A stretch of DNA of 64,000 bases from assembly GCA_963833095.1 (NCBI GenBank), contig CAWHWQ010000005.1:576023-640022 (forward strand). The letters run 5' to 3'. The position numbers and the translations under genes were made by a program. The stretch is from Vulcanimicrobiota bacterium. GTDB lineage: Bacteria > Vulcanimicrobiota > Vulcanimicrobiia > Vulcanimicrobiales > Vulcanimicrobiaceae. The notes under the pieces were generated by a model that worked only from the letters and a program-made list of their open reading frames with translations, was not told the origin of the DNA and made no database searches. Shown here one piece after another: positions 57,941-64,000 of the stretch. Each line of letters begins with the position of its first letter. The first letter of the stretch is position 1.

Positions 57941-59393
57941 TTATCCTAACTGATAGGCCGGCATCGCCATGGTGAGGTAGGCGGCGCCGCGCACGCGTTC
58001 GTCGTAATTTTCCCCCGAGAGCGTCCCAAGCGCCGATGTTCCCGCGCCGTTGAGATAGGCGACCAGCTGCGTGTACGCCTGACTCGGCGCGTCGCCCTGC
58101 AGAATCGTGGCGACGAGCGCGTTGGAGGCGCGGTTCGCGTCCATCGGCACCTGCGCCATCCATCCAGCCTGCATCATATCCGGCGCGTTGACCAGCTTGG
58201 TGAGGAAGTTTTCGCGCGCGATGAGCATCTGCGACGTGAGCCAGTTTGCGCCGCCCGGCCAGCCGGCTACGTTGGGCGGATAGAAAAGCACTTGGCCCAT
58301 CGCGCGCAATGCCGCCGGCGTTCCGGCGACGAACTGGTTCAGGCCGAACAGCTTGTACGTGCCGACAACGAACTCGACCGGGCTTTTGACTAGCGCGCGA
58401 TAGGCGCGCGGCGAGTAGAACACATTGCTGCGCAACAGCGTCGACATCAACGGCGCAAGTTCGAATTTGTTGCGCGAGATGACGTTAGCGAAAGCGTCGA
58501 CCAGCTCGGGCTCGGGATCGTTATACACGAAGGAACTCAGCAAGGTCGTGGCCCAGAACGTCTCGCGCTGCCGGCTGCTGGAAGATGATGTCGACGATGT
58601 CGTCGCCGTTGAAGTTCCCGGTGCGCGAGAGAAACGTCTTGGAGCCGTCGTCGTGCACGCGCGCGTTGAACGTGAATTCGCCGGTCTGACGGTCGATCGT
58701 CCAGCCGGTCAAGGCGCGCGCCGATTCGCGAACGTCTTCTTCGGTATAGTTGCCGATGCCGAGCGTAAACAGCTCCATCAGCTCGCGCGCGTAATTTTCG
58801 TTCGGATGCGATTTGATGTTCTCGGCGTTGTCGAGATAGATCAGCATCGCCGGATCTTGCTGACGGCGAGCGTGAGTTCGCGCAAATTGCCCAGCGCGTA
58901 CTGCGAAAGAGCTGATTCTGCGCGAGCACCAGGCTCGGCCAAACGCCCTTTTCGATCGCGGCGGTCGTGAAGTGCCCGTGCAGAACGAACGTCATCTTCT
59001 CTTGCAGCGGCGCGGGCGTGGTGAGCATGCGGTTGAGCCACCACATCTTGCAGGGTGACGATGTTTCCAACCGCGTCTTTACGACGCACTCGCGCGGCCT
59101 CGCGTTTTGCCGCCTCGTCGAGACCCTGTGCATCATTGCAATGGCGCGATAGTCCGGATACGCGCTTACGCTGGGCGGCGGCGGCAGTGTGGATGTATCG
59201 GCAAAGTGAATCAACGACTCGGCCGCATCGTGCGGACATTGCCGCGAGTCGCGCAATCTCGTCGGGCGTACCGCCGAAATCCGGCGCGGCGCAACAGATG
59301 CGCGGCGAGGCGATCGTCCCACGGGCCAGCGATAGGGTGCGAGCGCCGTCATACATCGAGGCGCCCTGCTGGGCGCACGTATCCCGCTGCCAT
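57941..59393 (-). CDS. DUF1800-family protein (multiple frameshifts in this assembly)
   Basis: WWLNRM...PLQEKM, ML.YLDN, PNENYARELMELFTLG, ARALTGW, KSPVEF, PPNVAGWPGG. Confidence 0.88.
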
Positions 59394-59474
59394 ACGGCTA
59401 TTGTACGGGAAAACGCTCTCACCTTCGTCCTGAAGGACGGGTTAAGCTAGGAGTTCGAGCGAAACGCGAGCCTC

Positions 59475-61065
59475 GTGAGTCTCCTGGAGAGTCACCTTGA
59501 TCGGCATAGCGAGAGCTTCGCGCGCAACGCCGCGCGCATGAAGGCCTTGTCGCCGGAACTGCGCGAGCGACTTGCTGCCGCTCGCGCCGGCGGCGGCAGC
59601 CGAGGCGACCGCCAAACATCGCAAGCGCAACAAGCTTACCGCGCGCGAGCGGATCGATACGTTGATCGATCCCGGCTCGCGATTTTCTCGAATTCTCCGC
59701 GCTCGCCGCGAACGGCATGTACGACGACGATTCGCCCAGCGCCGGCATCGTCACCGGCATCGGCGTCGTCGAAGGGCAGCACTGCGTGATCGTCGCCAAC
59801 GACGCGACCGTCAAGGGCGGCACGTACTATCCGATGACGGTGAAGAAGCATTTGCGCGCGCAAGAGATCGCCGAGCAAAACCATCTGCCGTGCATTTATC
59901 TGGTCGACTCGGGCGGCGCGTTCTTGCCGCTGCAAGCCGAGGTCTTTCCCGATCGCGATCATTTCGGGCGCATCTTCTACAATCAAGCGCGCATGTCGGG
60001 CAAGCGCATCCCGCAGATCGCCGCGGTGATGGGTTCGTGCACCGCCGGCGGCGCGTACGTTCCCGCGATGAGCGACGAAACGGTCATCGTGAAAGGGAAC
60101 GGCACGATTTTCCTCGGCGGTCCGCCGCTGGTCAAAGCGGCGACCGGTGAAGAGGTCACCGCCGAAGAGCTCGGCGGCGCCGACGTGCACACGCGCATCT
60201 CCGGCGTCGCCGATCACTTCGCGAACGACGATCCGCACGCGCTCGGGATCGTGCGCGAGATCGTGCGCAATCTGCATCGCGAACTGCCGCTGCAGTGGGA
60301 CCGCGTCGAACCGCAGCCGCCGAACTACGATCCGCGCGACATCTACGGCATCATCCCGGCCGACAGCCGCACCGGCTACGACGTGCGCGAGATCATCGCG
60401 CGGCTTCGTCGACGGCTCCGAGTTTCACGAATTCAAAGCGCGCTACGGCACGACGCTGGTCTGCGGCTTCGCGCACATCGAAGGGCACCCGGTCGGCATC
60501 CTCGCCAACAACGGCATCCTGTTCAGCGAAAGCGCGCTCAAGGGCGCGCACTTCATCGAACTCTGCGCGCAGCGCGGCACGCCGCTGGTGTTCTTGCAAA
60601 ACATCACCGGCTTCATGGTCGGCAAAGAATACGAAAACGGCGGCATCGCCAAAGACGGCGCCAAACTCGTCACCGCGGTCGCGTGCGCGGAAGTGCCGAA
60701 GTTCACCGTCGTGATCGGCGGCAGTTTCGGCGCCGGCAACTACGGCATGTGCGGCCGCGCGTATCTCGCCGCGACAACTCTGGATGTGGCCCAACGCGCG
60801 CATCAGCGTCATGGGCGGCCCGCAAGCCGCAAGCGTGCTCTCAACCGTCAAAGGCGAGATGACGCCGCGAAGAAAAAGCTGAAATTCGAAGCGCCGATCC
60901 TCGAGAAATACGAACGCGAAGGCAGCCCGTATTATTCGACCGCGCGGCTGTGGGACGACGGCATCATCGATCCGCTCGATACGCGCCGCGTGCTCGCGAT
61001 CGGCCTCGACGCCGCCGCCAACGCGCCGCAACCCGCAGACGCGATTCGGCATCTTCCGGATGTAG
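59475..61065 (+). CDS. Methylcrotonoyl-CoA carboxylase beta subunit (multiple frameshifts)
   Basis: [73 protein letters not shown]. Confidence 0.9.
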
Positions 61066-61071
61066 CTCGCG

Positions 61072-61782
61072 CTACGGGCGTGGAAACGAATTCGGGTAAA
61101 GTTTGAAGTACTTCGGCTTCTCGACCCACGCGCCGTTGACATATGAAAGTGTCGCCACCGCCTTGTTCTTGGTCGGACAGCACATCGGTGCGGTCGGCGA
61201 GTAGTACGGGCCGGTGAGTGTCAGTGTGTCTCCGTTCGTTCCGTGCACGATTTTAGCCGAAAGATCGCAACCGTTTTGCACGGATGCCGCGGGAACGACC
61301 TTACTGGTCTTGGGATCGTAGCGTAAGATCGTGAGGTCGGCAGACCCGCAATCCGCGCCCGCTTGATGGGTGAGGGTGACGAGCTGCTCGACGCCGGGAT
61401 GCATCAGTTGCGCTGCGCCGACGATCGTTCCTGACTGGCCGGGAAACCACATCGATGCATCGCTCGTGCGCGTGACCGCATCGTACGGACCGCCGTTCTT
61501 GGGCGACTGATACTTCAGTTGATACGTCGTGTCGTTGATCGCGTACATTGAAATGTACCACTGGTAGAACGACATACCGGCCGACGTGCCGACGAGCTTC
61601 TTGCTGAGCACCCCACGCCACTGACTGTGCATCGCCTGCCCAGCGAGATAGACGACCTGGCTCTGCAGGATCGTTCCCGGCGGCTGCGGGCTGTAGGTAA
61701 AGTTCTTTGGCTCATCGGCATGTGCGACGGCCGTGAACGCAAAAACGGCGAGCAACGTAAGGACTAAATTCCGGCGTACCAT
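61072..61782 (-). CDS. Secreted hypothetical protein
   Basis: Sec signal [23 protein letters not shown]-terminal GPYY...APMCCPT. Confidence 0.7.
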   Translation of the reverse strand: MVRRNLVLTLLAVFAFTAVAHADEPKNFTYSPQPPGTILQSQVVYLAGQAMHSQWRGVLSKKLVGTSAGMSFYQWYISMYAINDTTYQLKYQSPKNGGPYDAVTRTSDASMWFPGQSGTIVGAAQLMHPGVEQLVTLTHQAGADCGSADLTILRYDPKTSKVVPAASVQNGCDLSAKIVHGTNGDTLTLTGPYYSPTAPMCCPTKNKAVATLSYVNGAWVEKPKYFKLYPNSFPRP

Positions 61783-62512
61783 TCGTAGCCTTGGTCTTCC
61801 CAGTAGCCGCCGCCGCCGGCGTGGATGTTCGCGTAGCTGCCGACGAGTTCGATGCGGCCGACCCACTTCGCGCTCTTGTAGCCGAGCTGCGTCGGGACGC
61901 GCAGCCGCACCGGCGCGCCGTGTCGCGGATCGAGCGGTGCGTCGTTGAGCCGCATCGCGAGCAGCGCCTGCGGGTGGCGCGCCTGATGCAAATCCAGGCT
62001 TTCGTAATACGGCGTGCCTTGACCGTCGTTGTCCAAACAGTGAAACACGACGTAGCGCGCGTCGGCTGCGCGGCGTGCACCGCGGCGAGCACGTCGGCCA
62101 AGCGCACGCCGCTCCACTTGCCGATCGCGCTCCAGCCTTCGACGCAATCGTGCCGCGTGATCTGCGTTTGCTGCGGCATCGCGCTGCAGCTCGGCGAGCG
62201 AGAACGCGCGCTTGCGCTCGACCGCGCCGTCGACGACGAGCTTGTACGACGGAAGCCGTCGCGGCCATGCGTCGCGTACGCGTGATCGGCCGGCGTGTGC
62301 GAATCCGTTCGACGCGAAAGTTGGTGCTCGACGTCGCGATCGCTGTAGAGCCGCGCCAGGCCGCGCGTGCCGATGACCGCGTGATTCAAGTCCTTCGGCC
62401 GACTCGAGCAGGCGCCGAAATCCGCTGATTGTTGTTGAGCGCCGTGCCGATCGGCGCAGCAGCCGGCCAGCGCCGCCGAGATCGACGACGCGAGAAAGAG
62501 CCTGCGTTTCAC
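61764..62512 (-). CDS. Molybdopterin sulfite-oxidase-family oxidoreductase, MsrP-like (frameshifted)
   Basis: Tat/lipoprotein start KRRLFL...LAGC; TRHDCVEGWS, HGAPVRLRVP.QLGYKSAKW, GYWED.GY.WYAGI. Confidence 0.88.
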
Positions 62513-63329
62513 GTCCCACTCCTCGTGAGTCCCAAGCCGGTACCGGCCGGTGATCATCGAGTTCATTTGATTGACGAAGCCCTGCGTCGCACACTTGGAA
62601 CGATGGTGCACGAACATGAACGCGATCAGCGCGAACATGCCAGCGAAATGCCACAGACGCGCGAATTGCCGCCCGCCGAAGCAGCCACGTAAGCGGATTG
62701 GCGATCGCGTCGATGCCGGGCGAGAGCGCGAGGCCGGTGAGCACGACCAACGGCGCGAGCACGAACCGACGCTGGTGTACGCCGCTTTTTGCAGCGGGTT
62801 GTAGATGCCGTGCGGCGGCGGCTCTTTGCGCAGCTTGAAATAGTACGCTTGCATCGGCCAGAGCTTTGGGATGTCGCTCGGCCGCAGCAGCATGTCGCGC
62901 AGGTTGCCGCTGATCGCCGTCGAGACGATCCACGCGAGCCAGCACGCCGCCGCAAACCAGGCGAAGAACAGATGCCAGCGGCGGCCGTCGGCGAGATCTT
63001 GGTAGGCCGGCATCGTGATCCAGCCGGGGAAGGCGCGCGCGGTCTTGCCGCCCATGCCGTCGTCGACCCAGCCGAGCCAGCCCGTGGTGTTGAACGTCGT
63101 GCCCGAAGATCGTCGTGATGCCGACGCCGTCGTCCGGAGAGCCGATGGCGAGCACGCGCCGCGCCGGATTGCTCTTGTCGGAGGCGTCGAGCATCGGGCG
63201 ACGGCGTTGAAGATCTGCAGCCCGCTCGAGACCAGGATGCCGAACGCGATGACCCAGAGCCAGTGGCTGGCCCGCGTGACGAAACTGTAACGCTTGATGA
63301 CCTTCGGGGTGGCGGCCGGCGTGCGGCAT
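62509..63329 (-). CDS. Cytochrome b/b6-domain membrane partner (frameshifted)
   Basis: HW.W...SGLQIF, GRRWHLFFAW, YNPLQK.AY, TGLALSP, ARLWHF, SMITG. Confidence 0.82.
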
Positions 63330-63384
63330 CTCCTTCACTATACGCCATCAAGGCGAGTTTGGATGACAGCGAGAAGCGCCCGGC

Positions 63385-64000
63385 ATGCCCGATTCGACCG
63401 TGACTCTTGCCGTGGACGGCGGCGTCGCCCGCGTGACGCTGGCGCGCCCCGACGTTCGCAACGCCTTCAACGCCGACGTCATCCGCGAACTCCACGCGAT
63501 CTTCACCCGAGCTGTCCGGCGACGCGGCCGTCCGCGCGGTCGTGCTGGCGGGCGAGGGCAAGATCTTTTGCGGCGGCGCCGACATCAACTGGATGCGCGC
63601 GTCGCTCGAGCTGAGCTTCGACGCAGAACGTCGCCGATGCCGAAGCGGATGAGCGAGATGTATCGCGCGATCGATCGCTGCAGCAAGCCGGTGATCGCGC
63701 GCATCCACGGCGCGGCGCTCGGCGGCGGCGCGGGTCTGGCGGCCGTCTGCGACATCGCGATCGCGCGCGACGACGCGATCTTCGGTTTCACCGAAGACGA
63801 AGCTCGGCATCATTCCGGCGGTCATCTCGCCGTTCGTGCTCGCGAAGATCGGCGTCTCGCACGCGCGCGCGCTCTTTCTTACCGGCGAACGGTTCCGCGC
63901 CGAACGCGCGCGCGCGATCGGCCTCGTGCACGAAGTCGTCGCCGTCGCCGATCTCGACAAGACGATCTCACGCATCGCGCGCGAACTGCTTAGCGCGGGA
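63385..64000 (+). CDS. Enoyl-CoA hydratase (methylglutaconyl-CoA hydratase-like); frameshifted, truncated by the window end
   Basis: VTLARPDVRNAFN, FCGGADINWM, KPVIARIHGAALGGGAGL.AVCD. Confidence 0.85.

Noticed and set aside
1..64000. tRNA, rRNA, CRISPR array, prophage or integrase
   Set aside because: No cloverleaf or T-loop signature in intergenic gaps, no regularly spaced direct repeats and no phage or recombinase motifs were seen by eye.

Overview
This is a 64 kb chromosomal segment of a high-GC bacterium. The gene mix (prp, rbgA and Bacillota-type chdC next to a probable outer-membrane protein and a LolA-like protein) suggests a diderm Terrabacteria lineage such as Eremiobacterota/Vulcanimicrobiota; this is an inference. 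Most of the window is housekeeping: gcvT, speD/speE, sufB, rplU-prp, trmD-rplS-lepB x3-rbgA-rnhB-yraN, a sugar ABC transporter, comM, chdC, dut, nrdR, dprA, rlmH, argS, pyrK-pyrD-pyrF-pyrE, an ECF sigma locus, a two-component system, DUF1800/DUF1501 and leucine-catabolism genes. I saw no rRNA, tRNA, CRISPR array, transposase or integrase. The best novelty candidates are not explained by the ORF track. (1) An islet at 3.5-4.4 kb where a strong sigma70 promoter drives a coiled-coil ORF, a 10-codon micro-ORF and a DUF3892 gene, whose leader overlaps a predicted cis-antisense sRNA with its own promoter and terminator. (2) A ~215 nt structured 5' leader on speD. (3) A 268 bp MITE-like element inside the pyr operon. 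(4) Back-to-back SigW-type promoters plus an unannotated 41-aa peptide at the ECF locus. (5) A Ser/Thr kinase-APC transporter-microprotein-USP gene string. Five genes each carry one extra base, and 57-64 kb has many indels; these look like assembly errors rather than biology. All family names are from motif recognition by eye, not database searches.
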